Assembly (NCBI RefSeq): GCF_001194135.2
Contig: NC_068985.1
Span: 11,949,448-11,982,367 of the forward strand
Direction of reading: 5' to 3'
Origin: Octopus bimaculoides
Lineage: Eukaryota
DNA: 32,920 nucleotides
Part shown: positions 12,780 to 23,567 of the stretch, in pieces
Layout of the letters: the number at the start of each line of letters is the position of its first letter
How positions within the stretch are numbered: position 1 is the stretch's first letter
Program-made: the position numbers and the translations under genes
The notes under the pieces: model-generated
Seen by the model: the letters and a program-made list of their open reading frames with translations, nothing else
What the model was told of the DNA's origin: nothing
Databases searched by the model: none

Positions 12780-13600
12780 TTATCTAGCGTCCAATTAGGT
12801 TGCCCAAATATTCGTAAGAGTACTGGCACTGCAAACACAGTGTGGGACGGCGGGGCTGAATTATGTATGCTTATAGGAGCTTATATTTTGCATAACCTGC
12901 ATCTGGAATTCCCTTTTATAGATGCAGGATTATATAGGGATTATGGCCTTATAGGTATCCGTAATATGAACGTCCATGAGCTAGCTAGCATCAGGGAGAA
13001 TCTTATTATTTTCTTCCAAAAAAATTGGCTTACGGATAACGATAAAAACTAACCAAAATAATGTAGATTGTTCAGCTATTAACTCAGATTCACAATTAGA
13101 AAAATTAAACCCTACCTTACGCTTAATAAAAAGCTGTATTATATTAAAAAAGAGTCTAAACATCCACCAGTAATACTTAACAATCTAGATAGTAACATAG
13201 GAAGGTGCATATCATCTATATCTTCAGAGGAGACAGTGTTTTAAAATGCTACGCAATATTATAACAACGCATTAAGAAACAGTGGATTCTCGGAGAAGAT
13301 CCAGTATAGTCAAAGCTTAACTAACACTAATAGAGCACATACTATTAAAGCTAGGAAAGTTTTGTGATTTGATCCGACATTTAACATTGCCGTAAAAACT
13401 ACTATAGGTAGGGAATTTGTGAAATTAGTTAGAATTCTTAATAGGAGAACGCTGAAGGTTAGCTATTCTTGCAACAAGAACTTCGCCTCTTTTATTGATA
13501 ACCAGCACACCGCGAAAACTTTTAGCAATAACTACAGTGTCAGAAATAATAAGAATTGTAATTGTAAAGACCAAAGATGCTATTCCGTTGGGAGGAAATT
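12780..13600 (+). mobile_element. Penelope-like retroelement, Naiad-type RT/thumb/linker relic
   Basis: DGGAELCMLIGAYIL (DGAEVCELVGLYIL-like), GLYRDYGL (YRDDG motif mutated), YIKKESKHPPVIL..IGRCISSISS..YNNALRNSGFSEKIQY, *FDPTFNIAVKTTIGREFVKLV, ILNRRTLKVSYSC and CNC. Broken by stops and deletions. Confidence 0.85.
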
Positions 13601-13620
13601 GTTTACAGAAGAGACTGTTA

Positions 13621-13668
13621 GTCTTACAACTGTTTCTGCGATATTAGGGATATTCCTTCATCAGAGAC
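13621..13668 (-). ncRNA. Minimal type I hammerhead ribozyme-like motif
   Basis: Minus strand reads gtct-CTGATGA-aggaatatccctaatatcgca-GAAAC-agtt-GTA-agac: 4-bp stem I, intact core, GUA site, degenerate stem II. Confidence 0.6.
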
Positions 13669-13852
13669 GATGTTGGAGTGTTAAGTAGAGGGAAATAGTA
13701 GAGTTCAATATAAGGAGTTATTTTGGAAAAGTATGGAAATAAGAAGCACAAAGGGAAATAAGGTAGTAAATCTAAAAATAAAAAAATAAATAAATAAGAA
13801 AAATAAAAATTAAAATATATAAAATATATATATATAAATACATATGTGTGTG

Positions 13853-13904
<52 letters not shown>

Positions 13905-14309
13905 TCTGTAAATAAATTACGCAGCAGTTTAAGAGTTTATCACCAAAATAGTATACTATAATTGTCATTAGATATGGGTTTAGAACATCTACAATGCTAG
14001 AAATAAGAGCTAAGTGCACTAATAATGTAGTAAAAACGCATAATTGTATTCATACTTACTGACAGCGACTATAAACGGTCGAAAGTGGTCACATTTTATG
14101 AGAATTATAGTTTTCGCTTTGGTGATACATTGTTAAACATCTGCCTTATTTAATTATTTATATACCCATCAGAGATCCATTAAATCATTCATAGATTTCT
14201 ATGGATTAGAGATGTATAATGCTGGCGATCTTGTCCGGAAACTGGGGATTTGTGCCGACCCTGGTGACAAGTGCTTCGGTAGACTGCAGCATTAGAGTAC
14301 TTTAAACAA

Positions 14310-14333
14310 TAACAACAACAATGATAATAATAA

Positions 14334-14386
<53 letters not shown>

Positions 14387-14390
14387 CAAC
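14310..14390. repeat. (AAT)n/(AAC)n trinucleotide microsatellite
   Basis: Seen directly; produces the poly-Leu minus-strand ORF. Confidence 0.95.
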
Positions 14391-14447
14391 ATCAGGAAAA
14401 AATACCTTAGGAGTGAGAACCCAGTGTTAGGCTCAAAGTTGTACCAG

Positions 14448-14493
14448 GACACCTGATGAAGGCTGGAGAGTAAATTAGCCGAATCGCTGTGGT
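14448..14493 (+). ncRNA. Mutated hammerhead motif in an (AAT)n-headed repeat
   Basis: gacac-CTGATGA-a-ggct..agcc-GAAT-cgct-gtg. GAAA has changed to GAAT and the cleavage triplet is lost. Same family as 16963-17008. Confidence 0.6.
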
Positions 14494-14581
14494 AAGAACA
14501 CAGATTAGAATACATATACGTACAATGTAAATAATGTAAATACTGTATTTTAGATCTTATTTCTGACTTTGTGCACACACA

Positions 14582-14627
<46 letters not shown>

Positions 14628-16242
14628 ACACACACACACAAACACACATACACACATACACACGAGCACACACACACACATATATTAGCAAAATATATAG
14701 AAGGTAGGAAATGGTGGAATAATTTTATCATGAAGAACATTTTTTACCGGTATAAGTTTTTGCGACTTTTGAAATATAGTTAAATTGTGGAAAAATTAAC
14801 TGAAATGTTTCTTAAAATATTTCCATTTTCCACAGTTTTCAAATGCAAGTAACGCTTTCCTTCTTTCTGCCTGTCTCTGTTTNNNNNNNNNNNNNNNNNN
14901 NNNNNNNNNNNNNNNNNNNNNNNNNNNNNNNNNNNNNNNNNNNNNNNNNNNNNNNNNNNNNNNNNNNNNNNNNNNNNNNNNNNNNNNNNNNNNNNNNNNN
15001 NNNNNNNNNNNNNNNNNNNNNNNNNNNNNNNNNNNNNNNNNNNNNNNNNNNNNNNNNNNNNNNNNNNNNNNNNNNNNNNNNNNNNNNNNNNNNNNNNNNN
15101 NNNNNNNNNNNNNNNNNNNNNNNNNNNNNNNNNNNNNNNNNNNNNNNNNNNNNNNNNNNNNNNNNNNNNNNNNNNNNNNNNNNNNNNNNNNNNNNNNNNN
15201 NNNNNNNNNNNNNNNNNNNNNNNNNNNNNNNNNNNNNNNNNNNNNNNNNNNNNNNNNNNNNNNNNNNNNNNNNNNNNNNNNNNNNNNNNNNNNNNNNNNN
15301 NNNNNNNNNNNNNNNNNNNNNNNNNNNNNNNNNNNNNNNNNNNNNNNNNNNNNNNNNNNNNNNNNNNNNNNNNNNNNNNNNNNNNNNNNNNNNNNNNNNN
15401 NNNNNNNNNNNNNNTGTGTGTGTGTATGTGTGTGTGTATGTGTGTGTGTATGTGTGTGTGTGTGTGTGTTTCTGTGTGTGCTGTAGAGAAATTGAGATTA
15501 ATATTTTTAAAAATAAACTTTTGTTTCTCCCATGTATTTCCGACCACATCTATTTCCCACCCACCTCCATAACTCGATTTTTCGTTGTCGTTTCCCGTAT
15601 TTTACTTGCAATATTGTACTGAACCTTCTAGAAAAAGAACTACTAGCAATGTACTACGAAAATTTACATCTGTGATGTTATGTTAAACATAATAAAGTCA
15701 TGCGAGGTGGTAAAAGAGAGTATAGGATACCATAGGAGGTGAATGGTAGGAGAGAAGCTGAAAGCGGAGAAATATAAAGTGTGAATGGAATTAACATTAT
15801 AAGTCTCGTCATAATGGGATGATGATATTGGTTATAATATTCTAGTTTGAAGCATTATTCGCTGTTCAAATTTTCTGTATTTCTTGAATAGATTTCATTT
15901 TATATTTACAGAGGGTTCTTTATAGTAGAATGTTTTTCGAATTTTGATTTCTCTCTTTTATACAGGCCGTTCCATTTATTCCAGGCTTTGGATTTTTCCA
16001 TGGTATTGCTGTTAAGAATGACAGAATTTGTTTTTAGTAATCTAGTTTGCTGTGTGATTTTGTAGATGAATGTAGCCATAAAATCTTTGTTTGGTTTATT
16101 CCACAGCCCTTGTTGCATAATATCTATGTATTTATGATATCGCACGTCAGTAGAATGTAGCTTTCAAACGTAATGTGAATCCTTTGAAAAGGAAACAAAT
16201 ACCACTTCTTGTATCGTTATTTAAAAAGATAAATACTATAAA

Positions 16243-16402
16243 TGACAATGGAATAACTGTGTGGTAAGAATCTTGCTTCCCAACCACATATATCTGGGAT
16301 CAGTCCCACTGCGTGGTATCTTGGGTGTGTGTCTTCTATAGCCTCGGGCCGACCGAGGACTTGTGAATGTATTTGGTAGACGGAAAATGAAGGAAACCCA
16401 AC

Positions 16403-16410
<8 letters not shown>
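16243..16410 (+). mobile_element. tRNA-derived SINE (octopus OK/OR-like family)
   Basis: ctgtgtggtaagaa..cttcccaaccac..cagtcccactgcgtgg..cttggg..tatagcctcgggccgacc..ggtagacggaaa..gaaggaaaccc, followed by a (TA)n tail. Three copies in the window. Confidence 0.85.
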
Positions 16411-16439
<29 letters not shown>

Positions 16440-16446
<7 letters not shown>

Positions 16447-16704
16447 ATAATTAAGGGGTTAGCAACAGTTGCTTCACCACACTGGAATATCATACTGATG
16501 AGGTAATGAAGAGTTTTTCACTTCTAAACCAGAAACGCGTATATGATTAAATACGGCTAGTTTGGTTCGTTATTCTTTTCTTCTTGTTTTGCCTTTGTGA
16601 GCTACAAGTAATGCTATCTGTTGGAGTTTCAGCACTTTAGCTGCTATTTCTGAACTTCGGTATGTGGTGAAGCAACTGTTGCTGACCCCGTAATTATGTT
16701 TATA
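16440..16704 (+). mobile_element. 265-bp unit with 42-bp terminal inverted repeats enclosing a hammerhead ribozyme
   Basis: Left arm tataaacataattaaggggttagcaacagttgcttcaccaca (16440-16481) matches the reverse complement of 16663-16704 at 40 of 42 positions; one difference would form a G-U pair. Confidence 0.85.
16489..16547 (+). ncRNA. Minimal type I hammerhead ribozyme with intact core
   Basis: Stem I atcata/tatgat (6 bp perfect); CTGATGA at 16495-16501; stem II ggt/acc plus gaag/cttc; GAAA at 16532-16535; palindromic stem III ACGCGT; GUA triplet with predicted cleavage after A16541. Confidence 0.85.
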
Positions 16705-16829
16705 AATGTATAAGAACTTCTAAATAAGTTCTTCACCGATAATTGTGTTTCCATACCGAAGGGCTTGGTAAAATTATTAATTATTAATTTATTAATAAAT
16801 TAATAAATTGATAATCCTTTACACTTTTA

Positions 16830-16869
<40 letters not shown>

Positions 16870-16962
16870 CGTGTGTGTGTGTGTGTGCGTGCGTGTGTGA
16901 CTACTGCTTGACAGCTGGTGTTAATAATAATAATAATAATATCGAAATATATCTAAAGAATA

Positions 16963-17008
16963 AGAACCTGATGAAGGCTGGAGGTTATATAGGCCGAAAC
17001 GTCGTGTT
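16963..17008 (+). ncRNA. Minimal hammerhead motif in an (AAT)n-headed repeat
   Basis: CTGATGA at 16968-16974; stem II ggct/ggcc; GAAACGTC with ACGT palindrome and GUC triplet; imperfect stem I agaac/gtgtt. Shares the aatgtaaataat tail with the 14448 copy. Confidence 0.7.
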
Positions 17009-17062
17009 AACAACAAACAAGATGCGGACAAATATCCATCAAATGTTAATAATGTAAATAAT

Positions 17063-17160
17063 AGCGTCGATTTTTTCCACTATAACCCTTCAAGGTGGTG
17101 CTCCGGCATGGCTGCAGTCATATGACTAAAACGAGTAAAAAAGATGAGAAATAAAAAATA
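17063..17160 (+). mobile_element. SINE 3' tail fragment
   Basis: gtcgatttttccactataacccttcaaggtggtgctccggcatggctgcagtcatatgactaaaacgagtaaaa resembles a remembered octopus SINE tail and the fragment at 7240-7380. Confidence 0.55.
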
Positions 17161-17454
17161 TATTAATAATTCTATGTTGTTTATAGACGAAAAGATTAAA
17201 ATACCTTATAAAACATAAACACACACAGAGACACATACACACATGCACACACACATATAGTTGTATATGACGTGTGCTTATGTTTTTCTCTTTCAGAAGC
17301 TGTGAACGTATGGCGTTATAACTTATAATAGTTTTGCTATGTATTTATGATATCGCACGTCAGTAGAATGTAGCTTTCAAACGTAATGTGATTTTTTTGA
17401 AAAGGAAACAAATACCACTTCTTGTATCGTTATTTAAAAAGATAAATACTATAA

Positions 17455-17616
17455 ATGGCAATGGAATAACTGTGTGGTAAGAAGCTTGCTTTCCAACCAC
17501 ATATATCTTGGATCAGTCCCACTGCGTGGCATCTTCGGTATGTGTCTTCTATAGCCTCGGGCCGACCGAGGACTTGTGAATGTATCTAGTAGACGGAAAC
17601 TGAAGGAAACCCATCG
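17455..17616 (+). mobile_element. tRNA-derived SINE (duplicate of 16243-16410)
   Basis: Near-identical to the 16243 copy but lacks the (TA)n tail. Confidence 0.85.
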
Positions 17617-17659
17617 TTCCGTTACTTAATCTGTCGGTAACGATTTCACGTGATTAGAG

Positions 17660-18125
17660 AAAAAGATGGTGATTGGAGAAAAAGAGGGAAAGAGAAGCAT
17701 GAGGTAGAGGGAATTTCATTGTAACGCTTTCACGTGATTCGGTGAAGATAAAGAGGGGAGAGAGAAAGATTGAAGGTCAAGAGTGAGCCAGAAAGAGGGA
17801 GAGAAAAGTGTCCATAACCTGAGGTAGGGGAACGTAGTAGTTGTTACGTGGTTAAAAAAAAGTTAGTTGAAGGGGGAGGAGGAAAGTTTAAAATATAAAT
17901 ATAGCAGAGAGGCGATGTTCTGATGATGAGGATAAAGAAAGGCAGAGAGGGGGGAAGGGAGAGGGGGAGATATGATGGAGATTGAGAGGAAGGAGAGAGT
18001 ATGAAAGAAAGAAAGAGAATATGAAAGAGAGAGAGATAGAGAGAGATAGAGGGGAGTGTGATGACGACGGTGGTGGTAGTGGTGGCTTATGGTGGTGGAG
18101 CCGGAGGTGGTGGTGGATTTGATAG
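17660..18125 (+). repeat. Purine-rich (GA/GGA/GGT) low-complexity tract
   Basis: Strong strand-asymmetric A/G run; explains the 17863..18234 ORF. Confidence 0.8.
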
Positions 18126-18661
18126 TGAAAAGTGCATTTTGTTTTATTGACCTATTTCTTTTTATAACACCGGTCACACAACGCATGCACATACGTGTAA
18201 CTCGTTGAAATATTCGCTTGGCAGATATATGCAATTTAACCTAAATGTTTTATCATATGTACGGAATATTTTTCTTTTGTTTATGAGTAACATTTAAAAC
18301 TAAGAGAGAATACGTATTTTATGACGGGTAGCTTTTCAATTAGTAGCAGCAGATGAGCGACTATCTTTCCATGCAGACAAAACACAGGCTACGCCTTCAG
18401 GTTTTTGGATAAAGTTTTCAGAAATAACCCAATACGTTTACCATTGATTCCATGAAAGATTCACGGATTCCGCTTCTTGCAAATGTCATACTACAATGTT
18501 TCGCGTTCTTTGCTCGCTGAGTATGCAGTTTTACATCATTCTATTGAAGATATAATTAACTGGATACATCTGTATATAAATAACACATCCCGATTCTATA
18601 AGTAGTATATCCAGTAGGTGACGCAATTATTTTTAGTTTACAAGAAAGGCGAAATTAGATA

Positions 18662-19166
18662 CAATAATCCCTAGACTATCGCGGGTGTTTTGTTCCAACC
18701 CCCCCCCCCCCACGATATGTAGAATTCCGCGAAGTAGAAAGAGTACTGTACTATGTATATTTTTTATCATTCTTGTACTTTGTATATATTTATTTTATTA
18801 TAAATGCAAAACAACACAATACACTCGCCTCCCATGTTTCGTTTTCCATACAGTATGTGCGATTCTTTGTTTACTCATCTACGGTAAACTACGTACTTTC
18901 TTTTAATATATGTTCATTAATGTGTTATACAATGCAGTATTGTACTCCATTTTTATTTATTAATTGATTAATTTTTAAGCGAGGAAATCTTTATTTTACC
19001 ACAGAAATAGCTAAAATCAAAAAAAATATATATATAAATAACTATCGGCCGCAGAAACCCGGAAAATACGGAGGTGTCCGCGATATAAATTTACATATAT
19101 TAGCCAGAAAATCCGCGATGTAATGAGTGCGTGATAGGCGCACCGTAATATGGTAAGGGATTACTG
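18662..19166. mobile_element. Non-autonomous Tigger/pogo-like MITE (505 bp)
   Basis: TA|CAATAATCCCTAGACTATCGCGG at the left and the reverse complement TA|CAGTAATCCCTTACCATATTACGG at the right; TA on both sides; no transposase ORF. Confidence 0.75.
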
Positions 19167-19509
19167 TATACCCTTTCCTCTTTCATCATCACATCGTAAT
19201 CTAGCCACTTAACCACTGTTCTTAGCTTGTGCACATCTGATGCAAAATCAAAACGAACGAACAATGTCACTAAGAGATATGATAATGATTCAGCTAAGAC
19301 TTGTCTGAAATTGCATTCTCTAATGCTTCATTGATAGTCACTTCTTCTCTGCTACGTGAGGATGTCAATTCTGCATATTTTCTATTAACAATATTCCCCT
19401 CATCATATACGAAGAAATTGTATAAATCGTTTTCAAGTTTGAATTCATAGTAAATAATAGTGGTCAATACAGATGACTAAAATTACATATGCATATGATT
19501 GCTTGCCTA

Positions 19510-20026
19510 AACATATATAAATGTCAGTTTCGACCTCCTCCTGGCTTACGAAAGTTATGTCCCAGAAATGATTCTGTAAACTACGGAATAAATGGTAGTC
19601 TGAAGGAGCAAGGTCGGGAGATAAGGTGGATGAGGTATTTTTTCCTAACCAAGCTCTTCGATCTTCTGTGATGTGGTCTGTGGAGTCACGCATTGTCCTG
19701 ATGAAACATCACTTCTTTTCGATTCACTTAAGCGGGTGCTTTTTTCTGCAAAGCTTGGTTCAAACGCTCTAATTGCTGACAGTAGACTTGAACATTGATT
19801 GTTGTATTGGGTGGTAACCATTCAAAGTGAATTACTCCTTTGAAATCCTACCAGGTAGAGAGAAGAAACTTTATATCGTCACCAGTCACAAGTTTATCCA
19901 AAAAGGGTGAAATGAGTTCGCGAGAATGGAGAAAAAAGCAGATGTCAACTCGGGTTTTGCGGTTGCTTTCGGACAATTCATGTGGCACCCATTTTCCAAC
20001 TTTAGGAACATTTCTAATTTGTTGAT
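19510..20026 (-). mobile_element. Mariner (DD34D-type) transposase relic
   Basis: Minus strand: GKWVPHELS, FLDKLVTGDD, DFKGVIHFEWLPPNTTIN.QVYCQQL, FHQDNA, SPDLAPSDYHLFRSLQN. Deletion after TGDD; no TIR found. Confidence 0.9.
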
Positions 20027-20040
20027 GATGACGATGAAGT

Positions 20041-20112
20041 GTTGTGGTCTAGGAATTGAAACCAAGCTTTCGCAATCGTGAATCCAACACGCTAACCACT
20101 AGTCCATGCGCC
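20041..20112 (-). mobile_element. tRNA-derived SINE head
   Basis: Minus strand ggcgcatggactagtggttagcg...ggtttcaattcc carries A and B boxes and has the same start as the 31183 SINE. Confidence 0.7.
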
Positions 20113-20120
20113 CTCCATAC

Positions 20121-20176
<56 letters not shown>

Positions 20177-20186
20177 NNNNNNNNNN

Positions 20187-20219
<33 letters not shown>

Positions 20220-21719
20220 AATACATACATACATGTAGCGCACTCTATGCAACTGTGCATCGAGAGATTTAGATATTATAAAGGAAAATGAATAAGTTAT
20301 TAATAATCTATAATAATCTTTAAATGAATCTTAATATCAGACTGCTATCTATAAATCAAGGTCGCCATTTTTTTCTGTCCATGGTGATATTTCGCGTCTT
20401 TTAACTTCTGTCTCTACATCAAATCGCAGTATCCCATGGAATTATTTTAACATGTCTTTCACATTTCAGCTGGAAAGTTGATGTCTAATCATTCCTTCCC
20501 TTTTTTTTTTTCCAGACTATGTTAGTTTTTCGGTTTATCAAGCTGCAGAAGATTTTATCTAAATATCCGCTAAATATATTTAGATGTCTCTAAGCAGAAA
20601 AGGTTTATCATTTTTTAAAATTATGTAAGATTTTTATGGCTGTCGTTGCATCAAAATTGTTCAAGCTTTTATGGCTTCAACTTTTATTACAGATGTTAAA
20701 TTTAAATTATATTTCAAAATAGTTTGAATATTTAATAAATTTCTCGCATACTAATCTTTTATTGATCTCTTTGTAGAGTATGTTGGATTCTTGCATCATA
20801 TAAGACAGTCGAAAGTCTGTGCTTTGCTGAAAGATTTTAATATTTATAGATCAACCTCTAATGGGCGGATCGTATGAACAAGAGGTTAATGAAATGTGTC
20901 TATGATTTGCTTTAAATATTCACTTTAATTTTCATCATTTCAGTTTCTATGAAATACGTAAGAGTCAAATATTAATATCGCTTCTATCAGCTAGACAGTC
21001 ATCCATCAAAACCACCACAGAATTTGGCGGCAGAATATGTTTATGTACACCCCGTTCTACCTTCTCATTGCACCTAATACGAAATTAAGTATTCGCGCTT
21101 CTAAATTTTTCTCCATGAAAATTTAACATTACACGATTAGAACTAATTTTCCAAAAGAAAACGTGAGATTTGAAGGCTATTTAATTAATATTTCTAGCAG
21201 TCTCTGTCAACGAAATACAATGTTTTTCTCTCTATTTAGAAATTATTTTGATAGAAGTTATGCGTTTCTGCTTTTTACTATTATAATTCATGTCTCCTTA
21301 ATTTGGATATTCCCTTCTTACATGAACATAAGGCTTCGTGCAGGCAAAATAGATGTTTACTTCATATTAACCAGTCTAGTCAACCGCATCACTTAAATTT
21401 TATCAACGGAAACATATTGAAGAACGAAAAGAAGTTTTGCGTATTTTCTGAGAAATAATGCAACAGTAAACACTTATCCTCACTTACCTCGTTGGAACAT
21501 GATCAGCGTAAGTGAGGGATTGCTAACCAGCACAAGTATAGTGCATTATATAGTTTGCAGCAATAAATTCACGTAAGCGTACATCATGAGTTCCAATACT
21601 AACAAATTAATATGAATGTAGTGATGGGGTTGATAAAATTAAGAAACGTGGTGGATATGAACGACTGGATACCTTCTCAAAGAATCTGTTTTTTTTTTAA
21701 GCCTCAGTTCTTTTAATCC

Positions 21720-22180
21720 CTTCCAGTAGCTAATCTGTTAGTCCGAGTTTATCATTGTGTCGTGGTACCTGATTGCCTGGAATTTCGCTGTTAGTTTGAC
21801 ACTTTGTGACGTCCACGGCTAGGAGCATTAATCTAGGCGACTAATTGTTCTTCAAGGGAGTAGCATGGCATTTTTCTTGTTCAGAAAGATCTTAGTATCC
21901 AACCAACCACTCAGCTACACAATGTTGCCATCTTAGTAATATGCTCACGGAATGATCATTGTAGTTTCGAATCTCACGTTCCTACTCACACCCTGAGGTT
22001 GAACTACCCATTGGACTTACGTAATCCGATAGTACTCTGCTTGGGCAAAGAGTAGAGTGCTTGAATATGATCACCATTGAAGTGCATGCTATTTTCATCA
22101 ACCCACTTGTATACTGCGTTCAGATCTTTCGGCAGTTTAAGGTAGCCGTCAACTCACTTTAGCGGCTGTGATGATTTTTA
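21720..22180 (-). mobile_element. CR1/L2-group LINE RT C-terminal fragment
   Basis: Minus strand KLPKDLNAVYKWVDENSMHFN and SFREHITKMATLCS*VVGWILRSF match the CR1-type DL..IY.W..N.M.FN and F..HI..GWILRTF pattern. Confidence 0.78.
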
Positions 22181-23567
22181 AAAATTTCATTATTGCCCAC
22201 AAGGGGCTAAACATAGAGGGTACAAACAAGAACAGACAAACGTATTAATAATATGTGTGTGTGTGTGTATGTGTGTGTGTGCGTGCGTGTGTGTGTGTGT
22301 GTGTGTGTGTATTTAATTGTGCATATAAATATATACATACACATATATTATGAGTGTGAAAGTGACTGCGTATTACACGAAGGGTGCGCATGCAGATACC
22401 ACTGTCTTGTTTCAAGTAGGATTTTGCAAACGTCTGCCGAAAGCGTATAATATTCAATGGATACTGCGTAATCTTCAAGATGTCAGTAATCTTCTGCAGC
22501 ATGTTTCACACAGTTTTGATGGTTGCTAATTGTATATCTTTAATTATTGCTTAATGTCGGAAATTTTTAAAATATCAAAGTAATAAGTATTATACAATTT
22601 CAATAAGCTTCTTAGAATTCACTTAATTTCATACAATATAATTAAATAATTCTTATGCCATTTACGAAAATTTTTAGTTCCAGATGCATAACACCCCTTT
22701 CTTATGTAGTTTATAATGATATTCACAGTATTTTCGTCCTGTAAAAATCATATAACACCAAATTAATGGCTTTCCCTTACTGTATCATTTGTGCATATTT
22801 AATTTACTTATGCTCCACCCAGTTCAAACGGACTGTTTATTGATACATATCATTACAGCAATCCAAAGACTATTATTTTTCAATAACCTTCGATGTGTTT
22901 AACAGTTTACGTTCGGCCACATATAGACGTCTTAACGTAATGTTCCCTCACAGTTAAGTTCAAAATGATTACATCGAGTATTTTCCTGTTTAAGAACAAA
23001 TTAGTTAGATCGATCATTGACTAATTCGACTATAATGTATAAATCGGATGGCTTATCATTTCCGTCTATATTTCTGAAAATGTTATGTCACATAACGAAT
23101 TTTAGTAGAAGAAAGTTGAGTCTCAAATACGATAGTCTTTAATTTATTGAAATAGAAATTTGGGTTCGATGTATTTACTGTTTTGTTTTTGCCTATAAAA
23201 CTTATTTGTAAGTATGGCGAAATGACTTCTGTAATTTTGAATGAGTTTGGAAACGGAAGTTTAAGGAAATTTTGTATTGAAAATAAAATAAAATAATTGT
23301 TTTAATTTCTTCAACTTTCTGTCACTCAATATTTTTTAATGAATTGGTGTAAAATCCGAGGTAATTCAATGGGATATGCGACTAGCCGGTCTTCATATCA
23401 CAAAAATCCCGTATACATCCCCACTACACAAACACAGACACACCACACTAACACACAACCACATCATAATCACACACACACACCATACACACACAATATC
23501 TCTCGCTCCCTCTTTCTCTCGCTTTCTCTTTCTGACTCCCTCATTAGGAACGGACAGATGCACTCAC

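Larger units (their letters stand above)
16124..17616 (+). repeat. Direct duplication of about 280 bp (16124-16403 / 17337-17616), offset 1213 bp
   Basis: About 120 bp of unique-looking flank (ctatgtatttatgatatcgcacgtcagtagaatg...) plus the following SINE are repeated with only scattered substitutions. Confidence 0.93.

Noticed and set aside
9852-17616. Direct repeats as a CRISPR-like array or LTR pair
   Set aside because: Only two copies each, 115-280 bp long, no repeat-spacer periodicity, no TG..CA ends, PBS or gag/pol; eukaryotic context.
18330-18500. Minus-strand LCFVCME resembling an hAT BED zinc finger
   Set aside because: Single short motif; no hAT termini or 8-bp TSD seen.
20980-21060. 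Minus-strand LPPNSVVVLMDD resembling an IS630/Tc1 D2 region
   Set aside because: Flanking residues (NASYH, upstream D1) are absent.
22380-22520. Slightly GC-richer patch with open frames on both strands
   Set aside because: No convincing splice pair or protein similarity; too short to support.
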